From Lama glama (Eukaryota), in contig CM052817.1 of the NCBI GenBank assembly GCA_028534125.1, forward strand, positions 17,114,001 through 17,178,000: a DNA stretch of 64,000 nt, given 5' to 3'. Shown here piece by piece: positions 23,571-34,335 of the stretch. The notes below the pieces were generated by a model. That model searched no databases. It was not told the origin of the DNA and worked only from the letters and a program-made list of their open reading frames with translations. A program made the position numbers and the translations under genes. Each line of letters starts with the position of its first letter. Within the stretch, counting starts at the first letter, position 1.

Positions 23571-24809
23571 GAAAGTATTCAACTAAATTTAAGACCAATA
23601 CCTGGTTAAAAACCTTAGAAAGTCTGGAAACGAAAGAATCTACCTTAACTTGATAAAGGATCTTCCTTCCATAAGCCTACACCAAATATCACATTGATGG
23701 TGAAAAACTGTAAGCATTCCTGTTAAATTCAGGAGTAAGATAAGAATGCCCACTACTGCTGCATCTATTCAACATTCTACAGTCTAGCTGAAGGAAGACA
23801 GTTTCTTGCCCTTATAATAAAACCAGAAAAATTAAAATATTTCAAACAAAGAAACAGAACTGTCGTTATTTGCAGATGATATGATTATTTGATGAGAATC
23901 CCAGGTAATTTTAGAAAGCCTATTAAAACTAATGAAAATTCAATAAGATTGCTCGATATAACATCAATGTTAAAATTATTGATGGATTTTCCTATATTTC
24001 ACCAATAATCAATTATAAAATGCTATGAAAAAGTCCCAATCACAAAAGCGTCCAAACCAAACCAAAACAAAAAAACAAGGAGCAAAGCTCAAGAAGTGTA
24101 CACGTACACAAAAGGACATTTGGATAAATAGACACACTTCATATGCTCCAGTATGGCAATATTCAATACTGTGAATAAATCAGCACTCCATAAATAATAT
24201 ATAAACTTACTATCCTCTCAATAAAAAAAGCCAATGCAATTTTTCATGGAACTCAATAAATGGGTTCAAAAACTCATCTAGAAGGGGACATACAGAAAAA
24301 TTCTAGTAAATTACTGGAAAAGAAATATAATGAGAGGGTGGAAAACTTGCCCTGGATATATCAAAACTGTCTCCAAGGTTATTGTAATTATAGCATCATG
24401 GTATTGTTACAGGGATGATCAGATAGGTTAACTGGACCTGAATAGAGAATCTGGAAATACACATAGGCATGTATGGAAATATATGTAAATAAAAGCGTAA
24501 TTTAAGTCAGTGGGAAATAGCTGACCTATTGGACCAATGATGCTGGTAGAACTAACAATCTATTTAGAAAAAATAAAGTCAGATTACTATTTTACAGCAT
24601 ACACCAAAACACATACACACACACGAGATATAAAAAATATTTGAAGAATTTATAAGAGAATGACTTCATATTATGGATTTGGGAAAGTATGTTTTAAAGC
24701 AAGACATAAAATCCCAAAACCATAAAGGAAAAGACTGATAGATTTGAGTGCATTTAAAACTTTTGTATGACAAACAAACAGAGAAAATACTACATCATGG
24801 ACACTGGAT

Positions 24810-25015
24810 AATAGTATTTAAGATCTTGAGAACTCATTATGTGTGAGAACCTGGGTTGCATACTTTCAGTTACGTCATCTCATTCAACCTTCAAATCAAG
24901 TCTCTGAGGTAGCTATGACTGATCCCATTTTACAGGTGAAGAAACTGAGAAAGAGGGAAGTTAAGCATTTTGCCCAAACCTCATGGCTCAGAAGTGAGTA
25001 GGGAACCCAAATCCC
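24810..25015 (-). mobile_element. MIR SINE
   Basis: cccattttacaggtgaagaaactgaga..ttaagcattttgcccaaacctca. Confidence 0.75.
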
Positions 25016-26499
25016 TTGGGTTGGTAAATCTCCCCTTTGACCCGAGAGAGCTGAATCAGGGGTTTAGCAAATCTATCTCAGTCATGGTCTCTTCCTCTTC
25101 CCCTCAAACTTCCCATGCTTACTTACTCCTAATCCCCTGCCATGACAAGGTCAAGTTCAACTTCTATAAGCACAAATCTTATCATTGCTCTCTTGCTTAA
25201 GCACTTGTAAAAGTAACCCAGTGAGTTTTCAAAATGATGTTATATTGGGGACTAGGAAGGAAATATTAGACTTTCTCTTTATTCTTTATATATTCTTTAT
25301 ATTTCTATTCATCCAAAAATTAAGAAAAATTCAGCTTTGGTGATATGTATCTAATACAGTGATTGTCTCTAGGGCCCCTACTTGGTCCTTCTGTCCATGG
25401 TTTCCTGAATCATGCTCTGGGTGGGGAATGAGGAATACGGAGGGGCTAAGAGAGGAAGACACACTTTCAGTTTATTGGGAAATAGGTTCCATGAGTCTGG
25501 TTACATGGATGGATTTCCAAGCTCCTTCCCTCCCATCCCACAGGATGTAGCTGAGAAAGGAGTCTTGAAAATGGAACAAGCAGGACGTTTAGGTTATAAT
25601 CACAAAAGTCTCTTTTAAAATGTGTTGTGAGATTCTCCTTTCCCTGTTCTCTGAACGAAGGCTTGACATTTCTCCAGACCTCTGGTCTGGGAGGAGGCCT
25701 GGTGGCCAGCTCCTCTCTCTTTGATCACTCCTCTCCCAGGGCTGGAAGCAGGATGTGGGAGGAGCATTAAGGGGTGGGCACATCTCGCTTGGCTGCGTTT
25801 GGAATAATTTAACCCTGTGCGCTCCAGACCTGGGAGATTTTTGAAACTATCTGTCTTTGTGGGCACTTCTGTGGGTTTTTCGGGACTCCTGTGCTTGGCC
25901 TGCTCAACAACAATTTGGGGTGGCTGGGAGTGCTTCTCCTGCACCTGGCAGCTCCCCACCCAGCCTCGGTCTCTAACCCCAGTGGGTCCCACTACAGCCT
26001 CTTAACACGCAGGTCCTCTCTGTCTGTAGGCCGCCAACTTGGGAAGACCCTTCTAAACCAACCGAGACCCAGGCCAGATCCTTACTGCAAGCTCATGTCC
26101 GGTGCTGGTGTTAGAGGGGCGTGCACTCCCACGTTTGACCCACCATGGGAGGAGGAGGGTGCAGCCTTAGGGAGCTGGGCAGTCGTGGAGACCCAGCTGC
26201 AGGTCCCTAACCAGGCCTGGGGTAGGAGGGCCCTCCCTTCCCTGGTGCATGAAGTGCTATGAGCAGCCTCACTGCGTGTATAATAGGCAAGCACCCCGAG
26301 CCTGCGGTGGGGCGCCTGGGTTCAAATTCTTTGCCTCAGTGGTTGTCCCTGTCCTTCATTTGTAAAATGGGGATAATACTGATGTCTGCCTAGTAGGGCT
26401 ATTGTAAATTCAATACATTTCCAACACTTGGAACAGTCCCTAGCCCTCTAAAATACCGGGCACTTTAAAATGTTAGCTATTTTTATCTTCCTAAAAGCA

Positions 26500-26785
26500 A
26501 GACCTTTTGAGTAGAATTTTCGTAATATTTTATAATGAGATGGTGGCATCTCTACAAGCGGTACTGATTCTCTATTTGTAGTGGTGACACAGTGTTTATT
26601 TTGAAAATGTATTTTTTAAGTCTGAAGAAGGAAGCTGACTTAAAGAAAAATGTGAATCAGACAAAAGTGTTGGAAGACGTGGCAAAACTTGCGAAGTTGG
26701 TGTACCAAGGACTGGTCTTGGAAGTGTTGGAAGACGTGGCAAAACTTGCGAAGTTGGTGTACCAAGGACTGGTCTTTGGACCCGA
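26500..26785. mobile_element. hAT-Charlie (MER113-like) relic containing a tandem duplication
   Basis: gacttaaagaaaaatgtgaat..gtggcaaaacttgcgaagttggtgtaccaaggactggtctttgg resembles the MER113 terminus. Confidence 0.55.
26665..26776. repeat. Perfect 55-bp direct duplication (period 57)
   Basis: aagtgttggaagacgtggcaaaacttgcgaagttggtgtaccaaggactggtctt at 26665-26719 and 26722-26776. Confidence 0.97.
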
Positions 26786-27021
26786 CTTGGTTCTAGTCGG
26801 TTTTGAGCTCTTGGTGACACCCTAAGACTTTGTCCCTTCTGCCCCAGAAGTTCCCATGGAAATAGTTTAATTTTTTACCTGAATTTATCAACATTTTCTC
26901 CAAAGGTTCTTTTTTTTTTTTGAGTGAATACCTTCTTCAGTTAAAAACAAAACAAATACTTATGCATGCAACTCCAATATATGTTTGTTTAAAATTTGTA
27001 AATTATATTTATATAGGAGAG

Positions 27022-27260
27022 ATAGAATAGTGTAGTTATAAATGTAAATGCTGTAGCCAGACTTTAGGGTTCAAATCCCAGCTCTGCCACTTGTCAGCTG
27101 TGTGACATTGACTGGATCACTTGACCTGTCTGTGCTTGTAAAGCACAAATAATAATACCTATCTCACAGGTTTGTTGTAGAGGTTAAATGAGATGACATA
27201 TGTAAGCTCTTAGAATATTGCCTGGCATGGAATAAGAACTCAGTAACATCTATTTATCAT
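27022..27260 (+). mobile_element. Near full-length MIR
   Basis: gggttcaaatcccagctctgccacttgtcagctgtgtgac..aataatacctatctcacaggtttgttgtagaggttaaatgagat..tgcctggcat. Confidence 0.85.
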
Positions 27261-28684
27261 GACAACTTTGCAATAAAATAGATATATTCCAAAATATAAA
27301 GAAATGTTAAGATCAAGGTAAAAATAAATAGATTCAGAAAGATCTAATATGTCCCTTAACAGTCATGTGAACCTTGGGGCGCGTTCACCCCCGCTTTGGG
27401 GACTGCCGGCTTTGGCAATGAAAAGAACACACCATGTCCCTAGGCGTTGTGAATCTGGAGGGACCTCATAAAGCTTGGAGGACTGTGGGTGGATTTCCCC
27501 ACACCTGGATTATGTGCGCTCTCATTTCTATGCAGACCTGCTGGCCTTGCTCTTGTAAACAGTAATCGGGTCAGGATGGTGGGGGCTGGGGCGCCCTTGG
27601 CCTCCTGGCCCGTCCTGCCTAATCATCGTCTGGACGGAGCAGTGCCTGGGCTTTGTGCCTGGCTTTCCGTGTGCCACTCTCGGCTTAAGAAACTTGTAAT
27701 CAGCTCAAAGCCAGGGAAACAGTGGCCCATGGGGACAGTGCCTTGTCAGTCTGTGCTGTGAAACCAGCCATCATTTAAGCCAAATGTGATAACAGCTGAT
27801 TAAAGCAGAACTGCCTAAAGACAGGTCTGTAGCAGGCACACACTGAGTCCCCTGCTGCCAGCAGCCGCCCTTCTTGACACAGGGCCAACCCCGAGACTTG
27901 GTAAGGTCCCCACAGACGCTCCGGCAGCCAGGGAGCTGATGGCCTTGGAAATGCTGAAAGCGGCTGGCTTCATCAGGACTGGTTGATGGATTGGCACACG
28001 GGGAGTGAAACCTTTGACTCTGCCCAGGGAGAGGCTGGTGGGCACTGCAAGAACAGCTGTGATGAGTAAACCCAGTGGGGACTGGGTCTAGTCACTGACA
28101 GGGGATCTCAGTGGGTCTACGGAAGTTGCCCCCCAGTTCTAGCTGCTTTAGGTCAGATAGTTTGACAGCTGGAAAGGCCCTACAGATCATCTTTTGGATC
28201 CCAAGCCTGGCTGCTTACGGAGTCAGTGGGGGCTCCTTCCCCAAGTGGATTTCCCTCTCCCTCAACGCTGAGGCAACTTTATCCTGAATTTGGTGATTAT
28301 CATTATAATTAGGGAAAATTTAAAAAATAAAAACCATCTCTGAAGCTTTGGCCCCAGTAGGTCAGGGATGAAGTTCAGGAATCCGTAGTTTTAGAAAGTA
28401 CCTCCGGTGATGGGTCGGAATGGATGACGCCTGTTAGCACTGAGATACGCCTGAGTGGCCTGGCCACTGGAGTTAGAGCCAAAAGACCAGAGGTCCAATG
28501 CTGGCGGTGCCACCTCCCACCTGTGTGGTGTTGGGCAAGGGACGTATCGTCTCTGAGCCTCAGTTTCCTCATCTGCAAAAAGGGAATAAGGACAATGAAC
28601 TCCCCTGATCTTGTGCCTGTGAACTTGTAAAATGCTACACAGACATAAGTCTCAAAGACTCATGCTGATGGCTCATCCGGCCTA

Positions 28685-28798
28685 GGGTTGGTCATCTCCA
28701 GCAACAGGGAGCTCATTACTTCTAGAGACAACCATTTTTACTTTGGGAATCTCTGAGAGACCAAAGGTCCTTCTTTACTTTGAGCAGAAATCTGTTCT
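28685..28798 (-). mobile_element. CR1/L3 fragment
   Basis: ctccagcaacagggagctcattacttc..ttctttactttgagcagaaatctg matches recalled L3 motifs. A related piece lies at 30631-30765. Confidence 0.55.
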
Positions 28799-29432
28799 TT
28801 GGTATCTATCTGAGGAAAATGAAAAACTAACTTGAAGATATATACACCCCCATATTTACAGCAGCATTATTTACAATAGCCAAGATGCAGAAGCAAGCTA
28901 AGTGTCCACTGATGGATGAATGGATAAAGAGAATGTGGTGTATGTACACAGTGGAATATTTTTCTGCCATAAAACAGAAGGAAATCATGCCATTTGCAGC
29001 AACATGGATGGACCTTGAGGGCATTATGCTAAGTGAAATAAGTCAGACAGAGAAAGACAAACACCACATGATCTTACGTATATGTGGAGTCTAAGAAACA
29101 AAAAACCAAACCAAACAAATTAAAAAACCAAGCTTACAGATACAGAGAATGGATTGGTGGTTGCGAAGGTGAAGGTGGAGGGTAAGAGAAATGGGTGAAG
29201 GGGCTCTCATGGTGACCATAATGAATAATACTGTATTGCGTATCTGAAAATTGCTAAGAGAGTAAGTCTTAAAATTTCTCATCACAAAAAAAATTTTGTA
29301 ACTATATATGGTGACAGATGTTAGCTAGACTTATTGTGGTGATCATTTCAAAATATATAAAAATGTTGAATCATTATTTTGTACACCTGAAACTAATGTA
29401 ATGTTATATGTCAATTATACCTCAATAAAAAG
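28799..29432 (+). mobile_element. L1 3' end (L1MA9-like)
   Basis: ORF 28885-29094 KQAKCPLMDEWIKRMWCMYTVEYFSAIK..MPFAATWMDLEGIMLSEISQTEKDK; ends caattatacctcaataaaa. Confidence 0.9.
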
Positions 29433-29481
29433 AGACAGAAGTGTATTCCAATCTCCAATAAACCTCCTTATCACTCAGGTT

Positions 29482-30408
29482 TCTTTTTTTATTGAAGTAG
29501 GGTTGATTTACAATGTTGTGTTAGTTTCTGGTATATAGTACAGTGACTCATTATACAAATACACATATTCTTTTTCATATTCATTTTCATTATAAGTTAT
29601 TATAAGATATTGAATATAGTTTCCTGTGCTATACAGTAGGACCTTATTGTTTATCTATTCTGTATATAGTAGTTGTATCTGCTAATCCCAAACTCCTAAT
29701 TTATCCCTCTCCTCCACTTCCCCCTTTGGTATTCATAAGTTTCGTATTCATGTCTGTGAGTCCGCTTCTGTTTTGTAAATAAGTTCATTTTTGTCCTTTT
29801 AGATTCTACATATAAGTGATATTATATAGTATTTGTCTTTCTTTTTTTTAGAGCAATGATTTTTTTTGCTTTTTAAAAAATTTAGTCTTTTTTTAGTAAT
29901 TCTTTCTTGTTTGTTCATTGTTGCTGTTTTGGGGGGAAGGTAATTAAGAATTAGGTTTATTTATTTAATGGAGATACTGGGGATTTAATCAGGACCTCAT
30001 GCATGCTAAGCATGCACTCTACCACTGAGCTATACCCTCCCACCCATCTGTCTCTTTCTTTCTTCACTTAGTATAATAATCTCTAGCTCCATCCATATTG
30101 CTGCAAATGGCATTATTTCATTCTTTTTTATGGCTGAGTAGTATTCCATTGTATAGTTATACCACATCTTCTTTATCCAGTTATCTATTGATGGACATTT
30201 ATGTTGTTTCCATGTCTTGGCTATTGTAAATAGAGCAGCTATGAACATTGGGATGCATGTGTCTTTTAGAATTAGAATTTTGTCTGGATACATACCCAGG
30301 AGTGGGATTGTTGGGTCATATGGCAACTCAATTTTTAGTTTTTTAAGGAACCTCCATACTGTTCTCTGTAGTGGCCGCACCAATTTACTTTCCCACCAAC
30401 AGTGTAGG
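29482..30408 (-). mobile_element. L1 3' end (cetartiodactyl-type) with nested SINE
   Basis: ORF 30030-30431 [45 protein letters not shown] tcactcag(g/t)ttt at 29471 and 30409. Confidence 0.9.
29842..30045 (-). mobile_element. Camelid tRNA-derived SINE (vic-1 type)
   Basis: ttaatggagatactggggatttaatcaggacctcatgcatgctaagcatgcactctaccactgagctataccctccc; same family as 17521-17704. Confidence 0.85.
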
Positions 30409-31029
30409 TCACTCAGTTTTATGTTATTCACAGTATTTTTCAGTATCTAAATTTATCTTATTTATTTCCTTGTTTACTGGCTCAGTATCCACCTCCTATT
30501 AGGATGCAGGCTCCATCGGGTTAGGGACTGTGTTCACTACTTGTGTCCCTAGTACCTGGAACAGTGCCTGGTACACAGTAGAAGCTCCATAAATTCTGGC
30601 TGGATCATGAAAACAAAACAGAATAAAGCAAAAAGACCTTCCTTACTCTGAACAGAAATCTGTTCTCTGCAATTTTCTCCTATTGGATTTAATTCCTCTC
30701 TTTGGCAGCCCACAGGTTAGATTTAATCCCTAATCTGCAGACCAGCCCTTTGAATAATTTCAGATAATCACACTCTTTTCCACCCTCCTCCACACCTCAA
30801 CTCTAGGCTTCTTTACACACTGTCTACTGAGAAAGTCCCTTTATGAATAAGCAAGGTCCCCAAAAATCACCATAGGCATGGCTTTATTCCAGCAAAATTG
30901 GAGAGGCAGATTCCAGGGTTAGTAATTCAGGAAGAGCCATTTTGGCTCTAGTTAGTTAAATCACTTATTTAAATTAGTCACCAGTGCTATGGGAGCTACT
31001 TGCTAAAAGATTTACTCAGTGTAAGCGTA

Positions 31030-31250
31030 ACACTCATGGAGCCTTTTTTATGTGCCAGTTGCTGTGCTAAATGATTTGCAGGCACTTAGTTCTTTACAAC
31101 AAATTCTACGAGATTACTGCTGGCGCTATTTGCATTTAACAGGTGAGGGAATCGAGGCTCAGAGAGGTTAAGAAAGTGCCCGAGTTCATTCAGCCAGCAA
31201 GTGGCACACTGGCATTTGGGCTCAGGTCCGTCTGACTCCAAAGTCGACAT
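31030..31250 (-). mobile_element. MIR SINE
   Basis: catttaacaggtgagggaatcgaggctcagagaggttaagaaagtgcccgagttca..tctgactccaaag. Confidence 0.8.
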
Positions 31251-32794
31251 GTCCATAACCGTGGCATTGTCTCCTGAGCTGGTGGTTTACATAATGGAGG
31301 GGAAAAGAGGACCTGCAGCAGGTTCCTCTTATTTATTGACTTATCTCCCTTTGCCTTTGGAATGTTTCCTATTCAGGCAAGAGCTAAATGCTCTGGGACA
31401 CAGAATGGACGCCCAAAGTTTACCTCATCCTCATCAGACTCCGCAGAAGAGTTTTGAACTTCCTTCAGGGAAACCTTTACATCTTCCTCGCTCACATCCT
31501 GCTCCCACCCTCCTTTGAAAAGTTGACTTTACAGCTCTTGAGCTGCTTGCTGGCTTGGCAGAAGACCAGTGTAGAATCCCCTCCTGTCCTCTCCCTGTTC
31601 TCCGTGACAAACTGGGGCCACCTGCCACTCATTTTCCTGTGGAGTGGCTCCTGGGTGAATCTCATTGAGAAAGCGCCTCCCTGGCTTTGCAGCAGCAGTT
31701 TCTGCCCTGGGGCAGCTATGCGTCTAGCATGGAGGCTGTGGAGCTGGGTGGGCCCCTGTGACTTCTCAGACAGATACTCCTTCTCCACCCCCCCACCCCC
31801 AGCCGCCCTGTTGCAAGCTTTCCTGAATTGAGTTGAAAGGAACATCAGGTTGTCACCCACAAAAATCCTGCCAACCCCACCACGCATACACCCAACCACC
31901 TGCCTCTCGATGTCTGAGACAGTTCTTATTTTAGCCGGAGTTGTAAAGGGTGGAAGCAGGTTCTTTTCAACTGAATGTGAGATATGGAAGTGCTTTGAAG
32001 ATTGGAGCTTAAGGTCATGCATAAGGAATGCATAGACTGTGGACTTTTTCTTTTGGGGTACAATCCTTGTTGGAAAATTCGTGTCAACTCTGCCCAGCAT
32101 ACTCTTCCTGGACTAGAACAGTGAACCAATCCCAGAACGCTGTTTGGTACTAACTCACAGCAGCCACCAGCTCCCCTGAGGTTCCGTTTGCCTGTCTATA
32201 AAGCCAGCTATGGAGTGAGAGGTTTTACCTCCCATGGTGGTGGTGAGGGGGCAACCAATGTAAGAGTTTGAGATAAAGGTGACCCTGACAAGGATAAAGT
32301 GTGGTAACTGTTGACTAAAGCAGATTCATTTCTCTGGTCCAAACTGATGGACATTTTCAAGATAATCACTTCCTTTAGGTTTTGATCCTGAAGAGTGACA
32401 CTTAGAAGTGTGGGGTGATAGGCATATCTTTGGCATCATTTGTTGCTTGCCTGAAAAAGACATGTCAGGAGCAAGGATGTAAGGCCAAGTCTACTTTGCA
32501 CAGGAAGAAACAAAGCAAACAATCAAAACCAAAAGGGGCCTGTCCCTGAACAGAACCACACTAAATGTTACTGTTGTTTTTTTATGGAAGGATAAACAGG
32601 ACCAAATTGTTTCCTCTCATCAAAACAATAAAAGAAGCTTAAAGAAGCTTAGGTAGATATTCTAAAATGATTGAAACCTAGGATTCCAAAATAGTCTCTG
32701 AACTAGAACTAAATCAAATTGACATTTCATTCTAAATGGATTGATACTAGGAAGTTGGTCATTCTATTTGCAAGAGTAGGTTTTGTTTGGTTTT

Positions 32795-33190
32795 GTTTTT
32801 AATTTGAGGGCAAATTTCCATACTGGGAAATGCACAAATACAAAGTGTACAGTTTGGTGAGTTTTGGCAAATGTATAAACATGTGTATCTTATATGCTGA
32901 TCAAAGTAGCACCATTACTACAGAATGTTTGCCCACACCCCTTTGGGTCAGTCCTCATCCTCAGAAATAACTAACCGCTGTTCTGAATTCTAATATTGTA
33001 AATTTATTTTATCTGTTCTTGGCATCTTGTAGGAGCAGAATCATACAATATGTTCTCTTTTGCTCAACAGAACATGTTCGAGATCCCATCATGTTGTTGT
33101 ACGTGTATCAGCAGTTTATTCTTTTTCATTACTGAGTAGTATTCTGTTATATAAATGCACCACAGTTTGCTTATCCGTCCTCCTCACAAA
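32795..33190 (-). mobile_element. Ancient L1 3' end
   Basis: aagtgtacagtttggtgagttttggcaaatgtata; gagatcccatcatgttgttgtacgtgtatcagcagtt..ctgagtagtattc. Confidence 0.75.
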
Positions 33191-33229
33191 CTTTACTTCC
33201 ACAAGTCATGTAGAGGCAGTAATAAATAA

Positions 33230-34335
33230 ATCACTCATTTATCCATTGGGCAAATATTTTCTAGAACTTTCTCTATGCCAGCCACTGTTGGAGGTGCTGA
33301 GAGGCTTTGGGGAATAAAATGAAGCCCCTGCCCTCACAGGGCTTTTATTCTAGAGGGGAGACAAACAATATATAAGCAAAGAAATGAACGAGATATCAGT
33401 GAGAAATGCTGTGAATTGTAGTAAATCTGAGTGATGGCATGAAAGTGGTATGTAAGGACACTGGGTCTTCTTTAGACTAGGGGGCTGGGAAAGACCCCTC
33501 TGAGGAGGTGACTTGGCTGACCTTGGGGTGATACAAAGGTCACGACCAGGCAAAGACCCAAAAGAGGAGTGTTTAGGCTGAGGGAACAATTGGTGAAAAG
33601 ATCATGAAAGGGACTGAAAGGGACACATCAGTGTTGAAGAAACAGCAACAAGCCAGTGTGACTAGAATAAAGTTATTAAGGGCAGATGTGGTAGGAGACA
33701 GAGAGAAAGGAGGAGGGTAGATGCAGATGTGGTGGAAAAGGACTTTGGGTTTTATTCTAGGAGTGATGGAAGGCCACTGGAAGGCTGAAACAGGGAGTCA
33801 CATTGTCCCATTTACATTTTAAAAAGGACATTCTGTCGAGGGTGAGGGAGGGGTGTCAGTGAGGTCAGTCAGGAGGCTTCTGGAGGGAGCATGTGAGATG
33901 ATGGTGATTAGGGTGGTATCCTCAGAGACAGGTAGAAGAGCACTGATGAATTAGATGGGGAGAGGGGGTGGGGCTGTGCCAGAAAGAGAAGAACTGGAGA
34001 TGACTCCTAGGTCTTTGATCTAAGCAGCACCATTCTCTGAGATGGGTAAAGCTCAAGGTGGTGGTGAAGGGGGTGTTGAGAGAGAAGGCACCAAGAGTTG
34101 TGTTTTGGCTATGGCGATTTAGGGTCTCTGTTTAGAGTCTTCAACTGCAGGTGTCTGGTGGACAGTTGGATGTACATAATCTGGAGCTCAGTCGAGAGGC
34201 CAAGGCTGGAGACAAACATGTCTAAGTCCTCAACATCTGATGGATATTTAGGGCTGGAGAACTAGACCAGACCACACAGAAAGAACAAGGCTGGGTTAAA
34301 GACTGGGTCCTAGAGAAGAACCAGCAGAGGAAACT
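33230..34335 (-). mobile_element. L2 LINE, about 1.1 kb
   Basis: cattgggcaaatattttctagaac; ctctgaggaggtgacttgg; ggactttgggttttattctaggagtgatggaaggccactggaagg; ctggagctcagtcgagaggccaaggctggaga. Confidence 0.8.

Larger units (their letters stand above)
20720..24780 (+). mobile_element. Ancient L1 (ORF1 end through ORF2), heavily decayed, hosting two nested L1s
   Basis: ORF1-end motifs (gaacctggaattctatactcagg). ORF2 motifs: atatagaccaata; ctgtcgttatttgcagatgatatgatt (LFADDMI) at about 23861-23886; gaatagagaatctggaaata. Confidence 0.8.

Noticed and set aside
26592..26825. ORF with an internal peptide repeat; possible CRISPR-like repeat
   Set aside because: There are only two adjacent copies with a 2-bp spacer, in a mammalian transposon relic. 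This is a simple tandem duplication.
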